A stretch of 32,000 nt of DNA from Microcystis aeruginosa NIES-843. Its GTDB lineage: Bacteria > Cyanobacteriota > Cyanobacteriia > Cyanobacteriales > Microcystaceae. The stretch covers positions 1,200,001 through 1,232,000 of the forward strand of contig NC_010296.1 of the NCBI RefSeq assembly GCF_000010625.1, given 5' to 3'. Below are positions 1-7,953 of this stretch, in pieces (within the stretch, counting starts at the first letter, position 1; each line of letters begins with the position of its first letter). Below the pieces are notes generated by a model that saw only the letters and a list, made by a program, of their open reading frames with translations, did not search any database and was not told where the DNA came from. The position numbers and the translations under genes were made by a program.

Positions 1-29
1 GACTAAACTGTGAGAAGTGAGGCCGCCCT

Positions 30-1274
30 ATGTATCCTTCATCGGTGATATTGAAACTTTTTCTAGGAAAATCCTTAAAAAAGAAGCTGAGTTTATGCAG
101 TGGTCTCGGTTTAGTAATCAGCGGTCTGATTACTCTTGCTCCCAATGCGATCGCTAATTCCGAAACTGGCAGCGAAACCCCAGTGGTGGAAAATGCCGCC
201 CCGACTCTGAAAGCCCCCGTTATCAAAGAAAATACTAATCCTGCCCCCCGTCTGGCTATCCCCGAAAACCATCAAACCGATATGCCTACCCTTGCCCCCC
301 GGGCCGGCGGTAAAAATAATTTTATCGATACTAGAAACTTTAACCCCCCCAGTTCCGTTGTCGTCACCGAGCGCCGCAGTGGTTGCCAAACCATCGCCCA
401 AAATGGTCAACTGGTAGGAGGTAGCTGTAATCTGGCGGCCCGGTCTTCCCGTCGTCAGCCGGTCAGCACTGTGGCCAAACCCTTACCCCCGGTTAATCTG
501 GCCCGGGTGCGTCTCAATCCTAATCCAGCCGTGCGAGTAGGACGGCAGCCCCGAAATCAGCCGGTTATCGCTAATAATTCCCTGGGTCGTTATGCCCCCA
601 CTCTCATCGCTTCTAGCGCCCCGGTACGTCTGGCTGCCCCCACGGTGATTCCCAGTCAGGTGGTAGCCCTCAATCCCCCAGAATGGAATGGCGTAAAATT
701 GGCTTTGGCCCCGGTGACTCGCGCAGAAGTGGAAGCAATCAGCGAAGCGACCACCTATGAGCGGGCCACCCGTTTAAGTCCCACGGATTCTAACCAAACT
801 CAACGCACGGATTTACTCTTTCCCCTCGCCCTTCCCGCCCAAATTACCTCGGTTTTCGGGTGGCGAAATCATCCGGTCAGCGGGAATCGGGCCATGCACG
901 CGGGTACTGATTTAGGCGCGGCGATGGGAACACCTGTATTAGCCGCCTACGCAGGGGAAGTGGCCACCGCCGACTGGTTAGGAGGTTACGGATTAACGGT
1001 GATTTTACGTCACCTCGATGGTAGTCAAGAATCTCGTTATGCCCACCTTTCGGAAATTACCGTCAAACCGGGAGAATGGGTGGAACAGGGCGCGGTTATC
1101 GGTCGTGTGGGTAGTACGGGACTTTCTACCGGTCCGCACCTACACTTTGAATGGCGACACCTAACCGAACAGGGTTGGACCGCCGTAGATGCCGGTTTAC
1201 ATCTAGAATTAGCCCTCGATAATCTGGTGCAGAGAATGCAAATGGCCGCAGCCACTGACTCTAATCAGAATTAA
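30..1274 (+). CDS. Secreted M23/LytM-family metallopeptidase
   Basis: 414-aa ORF. It has an N-terminal hydrophobic signal-like segment (LVISGLITLAPNAIA) and a Pro/Ala/Asn-rich linker. The C-terminus carries the M23 motifs HAGTDLGA (HxxxD) and GPHLHFEWRH (HxH). Confidence 0.85.
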   Translation: MYPSSVILKLFLGKSLKKKLSLCSGLGLVISGLITLAPNAIANSETGSETPVVENAAPTLKAPVIKENTNPAPRLAIPENHQTDMPTLAPRAGGKNNFIDTRNFNPPSSVVVTERRSGCQTIAQNGQLVGGSCNLAARSSRRQPVSTVAKPLPPVNLARVRLNPNPAVRVGRQPRNQPVIANNSLGRYAPTLIASSAPVRLAAPTVIPSQVVALNPPEWNGVKLALAPVTRAEVEAISEATTYERATRLSPTDSNQTQRTDLLFPLALPAQITSVFGWRNHPVSGNRAMHAGTDLGAAMGTPVLAAYAGEVATADWLGGYGLTVILRHLDGSQESRYAHLSEITVKPGEWVEQGAVIGRVGSTGLSTGPHLHFEWRHLTEQGWTAVDAGLHLELALDNLVQRMQMAAATDSNQN

Positions 1275-1374
1275 TTTGTTTTGGGTTACAACCATAGCGG
1301 TTTTTGGAGCTTAAAAACGCATCGTTGAGCTTTTGCCCAATTGATGCGTTTTCATACATTCGCAGTCTTAAGTA

Positions 1375-1588
1375 GGGCTTGCTGAATAAATGTGAAATGT
1401 AGGCAAGGTAAGGGTTTTGTGGCTTTTCTCGCGAAACAGGTGCAAGATTTTGAGAGAATCGTGCTTCAAAACCTGGCATCTTGAGCGGCGCTCGCGTCCT
1501 GTAGGGGCGAAGCATTCGGGCAATAACTTATCGGTGAAACCGTAGATTTTCTATCCGAATGCTTCGCCCGTACTTTTTCAGCAAACCC
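1375..1588. mobile_element. MITE copy A (214 bp) of a family with termini GGGYYTGC...GCAARCCC
   Basis: Near-identical to 21682-21894. The terminal inverted repeat is gggcttgctgaa / ttcagcaaaccc. An internal 19-bp stem pairs 1501-1519 with 1555-1573 (gtaggggcgaagcattcgg / ccgaatgcttcgcccgtac). The left flank is taagta and the right flank is a degenerate tatgtt. Confidence 0.75.
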
Positions 1589-1701
1589 TATGTTCTATAA
1601 AAATGGTAATGCAAGGTTTTTGAGGCTCCCAATCCTCATAGTGTTAATATTCGCTAATCTCATCCAATTGGAAAGGCAAGATTTGAGAAAAAAAGGAGAA
1701 G

Positions 1702-3807
1702 TTAAGGAATACGGAGCATTCGGTCTTCGATTTCTTGCCAGACGGTAGGGGAAATATTAACAGCCACTTTTTGGCATTTGAGAATCAGGCGATTAATATA
1801 AAAATAATGCCTGTCTATTTTGCAAATTTCTTGGATGGATAAATTAAGTAATTTAGGCGTTAAATTAAAAGCAGTATTCCACATTTTAAATAATTGATCA
1901 ACAAATTCTTGACGTTCTTTTTCCGTTGCTTTATCGTCAGGAATAATTTGTTTGAAAGCTTCTAAATCAGCGCTTAATTGGGAAAAATTAACCTTAGAAA
2001 CAATTCGATCCTGAGCAAATAAGTTAACTAACTGGACAAACTCATCGATGAGTTTGGGGGTAAAGGACATCTTGGTGATTAAGTAGGCGATCTCGGGGGC
2101 GTAGGCGTAGGCGATGACGATGCTGTGGATGATGGCGGTGACGTTGGGGATGTGGATGACGTTGTAGCTGTAGATGATGCAGGTGTAGAAGATGACGAGC
2201 CAATAGACGATCGCTCTTCTTCCTACAGGTTTAATCGGACTATCAACAGAATCTTTAGTCATCTCATCTGCCCATTGTAAAATCGGCACTAATTTTTGAC
2301 CGAGGGGCGTTGTAAGATAATTATGGGCTTCTTTCTCCATTGCTAATAACAATTTATCGGCTTTCCCTCGCATCAAACCCGCCACTAACAAAAAGACCTC
2401 TTGCCAACGAGTTTCTGTTATATGATTCTTAACTGTTTCTTCAATCAAATCATTATCATAGATATACTGAGCCGTGAGGTATTCCTGAAGGGTTAAATGA
2501 GAAAAAGAATAGATATCTCTCGCCCGCTCTACTAAAATTCCCTGTTCAATTTCAATGGTTTTTAATACTTTTTCTCCGTCTAAATGTTGCGGAGCATTTA
2601 AGTTTTGTTTAAGGTGATCTTTAATTTGCTTAACAATTTCTCGTTTTTCTAAAAAAAGTTTATCTGCTACAAAATTCTGATAAGCGACTTCAGATAGCAA
2701 AATTTCTTCTTGCTCAATACTGAGATTTTCATAAACTAAACCGCGATTAGGTAAACGTTTTTCGGCTGACCATTTTTCCAATAAAATTCGTAACGCATCT
2801 TGATAAAGGCGACTGCGATTTGTGGGAAAAGATTGATTTTCATCATAAACCAAACACAAAAAAGTCAACAATAACGGTGTATGGGCTAACTCTTTTGTAC
2901 TTTTATACTCCTTTTTTTGCAACAGTTCCCAACAATTTTTAGCCGTCTCATTTTTCCGATCTAATTCGGAACTAAACCAATGTTCAATAAAACTTTGAAT
3001 TTGCTGATCATCAAATTCGACAATTTCAATATCGGTAAATTGTCGAAGATGAGTTCTAGCAGCAGTACGGCAGGAGAGAATAAAACGATTTTTATGATGC
3101 CTATCTACAAAATCTTGAATTTTCTCGATTACATTATAAACATTAGCTGTTGGCACTTCATCCAAACCATCTAATAAAATTAGTAATTCTCCTTTTTCTA
3201 GTTTATTGCTAATATTTTTTTCCACATTGGGAAAACCACAGATTTTAAACTCCTCTTCAATTAATGCCTGAATATTAATCTCGTTTTCTTTAAAGTTTTT
3301 CAACTCCAGTAAAACAGGTGTTAGAGGATGCTGATAACTGCCTTTATTTCCCTTGAGAGCTTCTAGCCCAACTTTTCGCAAAAATGTAGATTTACCAATG
3401 CCGGGATCACCAAGTACCATTAAATATTGTTCTTGATTAGCCAAAAGTAAACCATCTTTTTTACCATCATCCCTAAAGTTAAACCGTCGCTGCTTACTCT
3501 CACGATATTTATTTTCTAAATTTTCATCATAATAATCCCTGACTAAATTCCCCAAACATTTGACATTAATATAAATTGACTCCAAATCCATCGGCTTAGA
3601 CATTTTTAAAACCTTAATCATGCCGTGCCGCTCCCAGTAACGTTGAGTATATTCCCGCAAAAAAAGATACTTTCCTTCTTTGATAAGCTGCCCGACATCT
3701 TTATTCAATAACTCATTTTTATTAATACCCTCCCACCCCGATTTAATCATTTGGCCAATAAAATTATTAGTCAATGCCGTTACAATGGTTGTTTCAATTC
3801 CTGTCAT
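1702..3807 (-). CDS. NACHT-family STAND NTPase with an internal hydrophobic hairpin
   Basis: 701-aa ORF. It has Walker A LGDPGIGKSTFLRK, Walker B LLILLDGLDEV and a downstream RFILSCRT motif typical of NACHT. No recognisable WD40/TPR/LRR repeats. The hydrophobic segment RRAIVYWLVIFYTCIIYSYNVIHIPNVTAIIHSIVIAYAYAPEIAYLITK lies about 125 aa from the C-terminus. The gene is visibly more AT-rich than its neighbours. Confidence 0.85.
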   Translation of the reverse strand: MTGIETTIVTALTNNFIGQMIKSGWEGINKNELLNKDVGQLIKEGKYLFLREYTQRYWERHGMIKVLKMSKPMDLESIYINVKCLGNLVRDYYDENLENKYRESKQRRFNFRDDGKKDGLLLANQEQYLMVLGDPGIGKSTFLRKVGLEALKGNKGSYQHPLTPVLLELKNFKENEINIQALIEEEFKICGFPNVEKNISNKLEKGELLILLDGLDEVPTANVYNVIEKIQDFVDRHHKNRFILSCRTAARTHLRQFTDIEIVEFDDQQIQSFIEHWFSSELDRKNETAKNCWELLQKKEYKSTKELAHTPLLLTFLCLVYDENQSFPTNRSRLYQDALRILLEKWSAEKRLPNRGLVYENLSIEQEEILLSEVAYQNFVADKLFLEKREIVKQIKDHLKQNLNAPQHLDGEKVLKTIEIEQGILVERARDIYSFSHLTLQEYLTAQYIYDNDLIEETVKNHITETRWQEVFLLVAGLMRGKADKLLLAMEKEAHNYLTTPLGQKLVPILQWADEMTKDSVDSPIKPVGRRAIVYWLVIFYTCIIYSYNVIHIPNVTAIIHSIVIAYAYAPEIAYLITKMSFTPKLIDEFVQLVNLFAQDRIVSKVNFSQLSADLEAFKQIIPDDKATEKERQEFVDQLFKMWNTAFNLTPKLLNLSIQEICKIDRHYFYINRLILKCQKVAVNISPTVWQEIEDRMLRIP
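2095..2199 (-). other. Block of 35 consecutive NNC codons (period-3 G on the + strand) within the NACHT CDS
   Basis: Counted base by base: + strand positions 2095, 2098, ... 2197 are all G. The sense codons are therefore all NNC and encode LVIFYTCIIYSYNVIHIPNVTAIIHSIVIAYAYAP. In 2047-2214, 47 of 56 codons end in C, every Ile is ATC and every Val is GTC. The rest of the gene mostly uses A/T-ending codons. Confidence 0.95.
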
Positions 3808-3845
3808 AACTTAACCCCTGTAAATCCTCTGAAGCTTAGTATAAG

Positions 3846-3958
3846 CCAGAAAGCGGGTTTCTCATCAACAACCCAGAAAGCGGGTTTCTCATCAACAACC
3901 CAGAAAGCGGGTTTCTCATCAACCCAGAAACCCACTTTCTTTAAGAAAGCGGGTTTCT
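3846..3958. repeat. 27-bp tandem repeat (3 direct units) ending in a 33-bp near-perfect palindrome, upstream of the NACHT start
   Basis: The quasi-palindromic core AGAAAGCGGGTTTCT occurs at 3848-3862, 3875-3889, 3902-3916 and 3944-3958. An inverted variant, agaaacccactttct, lies at 3926-3940. Arms 3926-3941 and 3943-3958 are reverse complements with one mismatch. Confidence 0.9.
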
Positions 3959-4024
3959 AATCCTTAAACGGCTAAACTGAGAATAGCTGCCTGTCTTGAC
4001 TCTCATTTCTCAGATTGTAAAATA

Positions 4025-4240
4025 ATGCAAATTTATCTTGACTATAGTGCCACTACCCCCACTCATCCCCAAGTGATCGAGCGGGTTGCCACTATTCTCC
4101 GGCATCATTGGGGCAACCCCTCCAGTTTACACAGTTGGGGACAGGATAGGGCGACAGTCATCGAAATGGCCAGAGAACAGGTAGCAGGGTTAATTAATGC
4201 CAATTCAGACCAGATTATCTTCACTTCTGGCGGTACGGCT
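4025..4240 (+). pseudogene. N-terminal remnant of a NifS/IscS-type cysteine desulfurase
   Basis: The first ~71 aa (MQIYLDYSATTPTHPQV...WGNPSSLHSWG...IIFTSGGT) match the conserved class V aminotransferase/cysteine desulfurase N-terminus. The ORF then continues into unrelated low-quality sequence and stops at 4402. The PLP-lysine and catalytic-Cys regions are absent. Confidence 0.7.
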
Positions 4241-4390
4241 ATCAAGCTAAAATTGATCAGCCCCCCGGTAAACCGCCCAAGGCTGGTTCTAATGTTAAGG
4301 AGAAAAAATAAAAATTCTTGGGTGGGAAATGTGGCCGCATCTCATAATCCACTGATTATCTATTCCCCCTTTTACCTGTTCCCTATTCTA

Positions 4391-4425
4391 ACTGATAACT
4401 GATCACCGATTACTGATAACTGAAT
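4391..4425. repeat. Heptamer array (ACTGATN x5) abutting the ABC transporter start codon
   Basis: The units are actgata, actgatc, accgatt, actgata, actgaat, followed directly by ATG at 4426. Confidence 0.85.
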
Positions 4426-6168
4426 ATGGCTTATTCTCGCATTAAAAAACTAGCAAATTATCTACGTCCCCATTGGCAAATAGTAACTGGGGGGGTAGTT
4501 GCTCTGCTTATTGTTAATCTTTTGGGTGTTTATATACCGCTTTTAATCCGGGATAGCATCGATGATTTGAGTAAATCCTTTGACTTTCAAAAAATCATTT
4601 ATTATCTGATTTTAATTGTCGCTTTAGCCTCGATTATGTGGTTTATCCGCATGATTTCCAGAGTATTGTTATTCGGGATCGGTCGTCAAGTAGAGTTCGA
4701 GCTTAAACAAAAAATCTTTCAGCATTTATTAACCCTTGAACCTGCCTATTTTTCTCGGCAAACTTCAGGAGATTTAATCAACCGGGCCACTAGCGATGTG
4801 GATAATATCCGTCGTCTGGTGGGTTTTGCTTTGCTCAGTTTGGCTAATACTTTTTTTGCCTATGGGTTAACTTTGCCTGTAATGTTAGCGATTCATATTC
4901 CCCTTTCAATCGCCGCTATTTCTGTCTATCCTTTGATGTTAATTGCTGTGCAGTTATTTAGTGGTCGTCTGCAGCGGCAACAGAAAAAAGTACAAGAAAA
5001 ACTCTCGCATCTGAGCGATTTAATTCAAGAGGATATGAGTGGTATTACTCTGATTAAAATTTATGCCCAAGAAGGTAACGAGCGCCTAGCATTTAAGCAA
5101 AGAAATCGCAAATTACTACAGGCTAATTTAGATTTAGTCCAGACTCGTAATTTTCTTTTTCCCCTGATTGAAGCTTTGGCCTATGTCAGTTTATTGGCGT
5201 TGCTTGCTCTCGGTACTAGACAAATTATAGCGGGTAATATCACCATTGGGGACTTTATTGCTCTGTTAATTTTGGCAGAAAGATTAGTTTTTCCCACTGC
5301 TTTATTAGGTTTCACTATTACTGCCTACCAACAGGGAGAAGTGAGTATAGATCGCCTGGAAACTATCCTATTAGCCGAGGCTAAAATTAAAGACAATGCC
5401 GATTGTATTCACTTAAAAAATATTCAAGGAAAAATTACCGCCAAAGCCTTGACTTTTTTCTATCCTGATGCTAAGGAACCCGCCTTAAAATCTCTTTCTT
5501 TTACCATTAATCCGGGGGAAACGGTAGCCGTCGTCGGTGCGATCAGATCGGGAAAATCTACCCTTGCTAACGCTATTCCCCGTCTTTTGAATATTGCTGA
5601 GGGACAGTTATTTATTGATGATCAAGATGTCACTCAAATTGCCCTGGAAGAGCTGCGAAAAGCGATCGCTTATGTTCCCCAAGAAAGTTTTTTATTTAGT
5701 ACCACCATTGAAGATAATATCCGTTATGGCGATCCGCTGCTGAATTTTTCGGCAGTGGAATCGGCGGCCAAACAAGCGAGAATTCAGGAGGAAATCGAGA
5801 ATTTCCCGCAAAAATACGGAACTTTAGTGGGAGAACGTGGGATTACTCTTTCCGGTGGTCAACGTCAACGGGCCTCTTTAGCGCGCGCTTTAGCCATCCA
5901 AGCACCGATTTTAATCCTTGATGATGCCCTATCTAGCGTCGATAATCAAACGGCTACAGCTATTTTGGAAAATATCAGCCAAGAAAGCCAAAAAACCGTG
6001 ATTTTTATCTCCCATCAATTATCGGCCGCTGCCACTGCTGATCGCATTTTTGTCATGGATCGCGGAGAAATTGTCCAGATAGGAACCCACGAGGAGTTAA
6101 TCGCAGTCCCCGGAGTCTATCAAAATCTCTGGCAACAGCAGCAGTTAGAGTCTAAGGTTTTACATTAG
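4426..6168 (+). CDS. ABC exporter, fused permease/ATPase (MsbA/MdlB-type)
   Basis: 580 aa. The N-terminal half contains six hydrophobic segments. The C-terminal NBD has Walker A GAIRSGKST, signature LSGGQRQR and Walker B ILILDDALS. Confidence 0.9.
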   Translation: MAYSRIKKLANYLRPHWQIVTGGVVALLIVNLLGVYIPLLIRDSIDDLSKSFDFQKIIYYLILIVALASIMWFIRMISRVLLFGIGRQVEFELKQKIFQHLLTLEPAYFSRQTSGDLINRATSDVDNIRRLVGFALLSLANTFFAYGLTLPVMLAIHIPLSIAAISVYPLMLIAVQLFSGRLQRQQKKVQEKLSHLSDLIQEDMSGITLIKIYAQEGNERLAFKQRNRKLLQANLDLVQTRNFLFPLIEALAYVSLLALLALGTRQIIAGNITIGDFIALLILAERLVFPTALLGFTITAYQQGEVSIDRLETILLAEAKIKDNADCIHLKNIQGKITAKALTFFYPDAKEPALKSLSFTINPGETVAVVGAIRSGKSTLANAIPRLLNIAEGQLFIDDQDVTQIALEELRKAIAYVPQESFLFSTTIEDNIRYGDPLLNFSAVESAAKQARIQEEIENFPQKYGTLVGERGITLSGGQRQRASLARALAIQAPILILDDALSSVDNQTATAILENISQESQKTVIFISHQLSAAATADRIFVMDRGEIVQIGTHEELIAVPGVYQNLWQQQQLESKVLH

Positions 6169-6244
6169 CCGATAAAATAGGGAATCTGCCAGTTATTGCC
6201 GGTTAAGCTGTGGACTATCTCAATTACTCCTTAAGACCGTTTAA

Positions 6245-7906
6245 ATGCAGCACAGCAGTTATCTTTTAGCGACAATGAACAAGAATCAACTTTTAACCGA
6301 ACCTTTTTTACAATTACCCACCGAAACATCAGTACAAGTGATTTGGTTTACGGAATTTTTTGGCGCTCGTCATCAGGTGCGCTACGGGGAAAAACTAGAG
6401 AAAATTGCCCTCGCTCGCACTAGCAAATTAACTAGAGTTAGAGAAGATGCAAAATCGAGAACCGTTGAAGCTTATCAATCTTTAACCGCTCGAGAAATCT
6501 GGCGACATCAGGCCGAAATTACTGATTTAAATCCCGGGGAAAGGATTCCCTATCAAGTCACCAGTTTTCAGGAAAATACAGCGATTATAAGTGATATTTA
6601 TACCCTTACCCCAAGACCCAAAAAAGGAACTAATCTCAAAATTTTGCTCACTTCCGATCATCAATTAATGCCCATGACTGCCGCTAATTTACAAAAAGTT
6701 AGCGAAACTATTGGACAGGTAGATGCAGTTTTTTTAGCAGGAGATTTAGTTAATATACCCGATCGAGCTTCCGAATGGTTTGATGATATTCGCGGTGGGG
6801 CATTCTTTCCCTGTTTACAAGGTCGTGCCAATTATACTCTGACAAAGAATGGTATTCAGACTATTTATAAAGGGGGAGAAATTATTCAAAATGCGCCCTT
6901 ATTTCCTGCTATTGGTAATCATGAAGTTATGGGCAGATTTTCTACTTCCAGAGGTTTAAATGAACAGTTTGAAGATGCTATTCCTCAGTTTACTGCTAAA
7001 CAACTAGCAGAGGATACAGCAGCAATTAATGAAACCTGGTTAAAAAATAATGCTTTCAACACAGAAACCTACGAAGAAATTTTTTCTTTGCCTCAAAATA
7101 AATATTATTCTCTAACCTTTGGCGATATTCGTTTAGTGGTTTTATATGTTACTAATATCTGGAGAAATCCCAATTTAGAACCCAGTGCAAGGGGAAGATA
7201 TTACGAAAATCAAAGAGATTTAGATAGACCCGACCGCTGGGGTTACGGTCAGCATATTTTTGAGCCAATTGCTCAGGGTAGTCCTCAATATCAATGGTTA
7301 GAAAAAGAGTTAAATAGTCGAGAATTTCAAGAGGCTAAATATAAAGTAGTTATGTTTCATCATCCTCCCCATACCCTAGGAGGAAATATCGTTCCACCTT
7401 ACACCAATCCCGTGCCGACAATTCAACGGGATACCACGGGAAAAGTTACATCGGTACGTTATGATTATCCCCGAGAAAATGATTATATTATTCGTGATCT
7501 AATTCCTTTATTAGAATCAGCCAAGGTTAATTTGGTTTTTTATGGTCATTCTCATTTATGGAATCGTTTTCTTAGTCCTAAGGGTATGAATTTTCTCGAA
7601 TCTTCTAACGTTGGCAATAGTTATGGCGCTCATTTAGGAGATAAAAAACGTCCTGTACCCCTCGATAGAAATTATGCAGCCATCGGTAATCCTAATGGAT
7701 TAGAAGCAATTATCCCGAACATTGCTCCTCTAGTGGATTGGGTTAATCAACCTTTACCCTATATTGCCAGTAATGATCTGACGGTTTTTAGCATTTTAGA
7801 TACAGAAAAAGGAACCGTGAGCAGTTATCGTTTTGATACCCGTTATCCTGACTCCGAGGTAATTAAATTTGATGAATTTTCCCTTTTTAGCGTAGGTGAA
7901 GTCTAA
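6245..7906 (+). CDS. Calcineurin-like metallophosphoesterase (purple-acid-phosphatase-like)
   Basis: 553 aa with the ordered motifs SDHQ (DxH), AGDLVN (GDxx), GNHE, HHPPH and GHSH. An alternative start is Met11 (6275). Confidence 0.8.
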   Translation: MQHSSYLLATMNKNQLLTEPFLQLPTETSVQVIWFTEFFGARHQVRYGEKLEKIALARTSKLTRVREDAKSRTVEAYQSLTAREIWRHQAEITDLNPGERIPYQVTSFQENTAIISDIYTLTPRPKKGTNLKILLTSDHQLMPMTAANLQKVSETIGQVDAVFLAGDLVNIPDRASEWFDDIRGGAFFPCLQGRANYTLTKNGIQTIYKGGEIIQNAPLFPAIGNHEVMGRFSTSRGLNEQFEDAIPQFTAKQLAEDTAAINETWLKNNAFNTETYEEIFSLPQNKYYSLTFGDIRLVVLYVTNIWRNPNLEPSARGRYYENQRDLDRPDRWGYGQHIFEPIAQGSPQYQWLEKELNSREFQEAKYKVVMFHHPPHTLGGNIVPPYTNPVPTIQRDTTGKVTSVRYDYPRENDYIIRDLIPLLESAKVNLVFYGHSHLWNRFLSPKGMNFLESSNVGNSYGAHLGDKKRPVPLDRNYAAIGNPNGLEAIIPNIAPLVDWVNQPLPYIASNDLTVFSILDTEKGTVSSYRFDTRYPDSEVIKFDEFSLFSVGEV

Positions 7907-7953
7907 TAAAATCAAAGAGTGCCGGTTAAATAGATTCTCTTGGGGTTAATTCT

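Noticed and set aside
1261-1515. 84-aa ORF sharing the peptide GFEARFSQN.APVS..KPQNPYLAYISHLFS.PYL with ORF 21565-21828
   Set aside because: The similarity is explained by the two DNA copies of the same MITE (1375-1588 and 21682-21894). The ORFs run through terminal repeats and hairpin arms and show no coding features.
2047-2214. Firm call of a diversity-generating retroelement variable region
   Set aside because: The NNC pattern is reminiscent of one. However, the window has no reverse transcriptase, no template repeat and no recognisable IMH/hairpin. The block is also not at the protein's extreme C-terminus. I keep it only as one hypothesis in the findings.
3846-3958. Possible mini-CRISPR array
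   Set aside because: The units are contiguous with no unique spacers, the period is 27 bp, and no cas genes are present. It is a plain tandem repeat.
3751-3960. 69-aa ORF with QKAGFSSTT repeats
   Set aside because: It is simply the translation of the 27-bp tandem repeat array, and it overlaps the NACHT start on the opposite strand.
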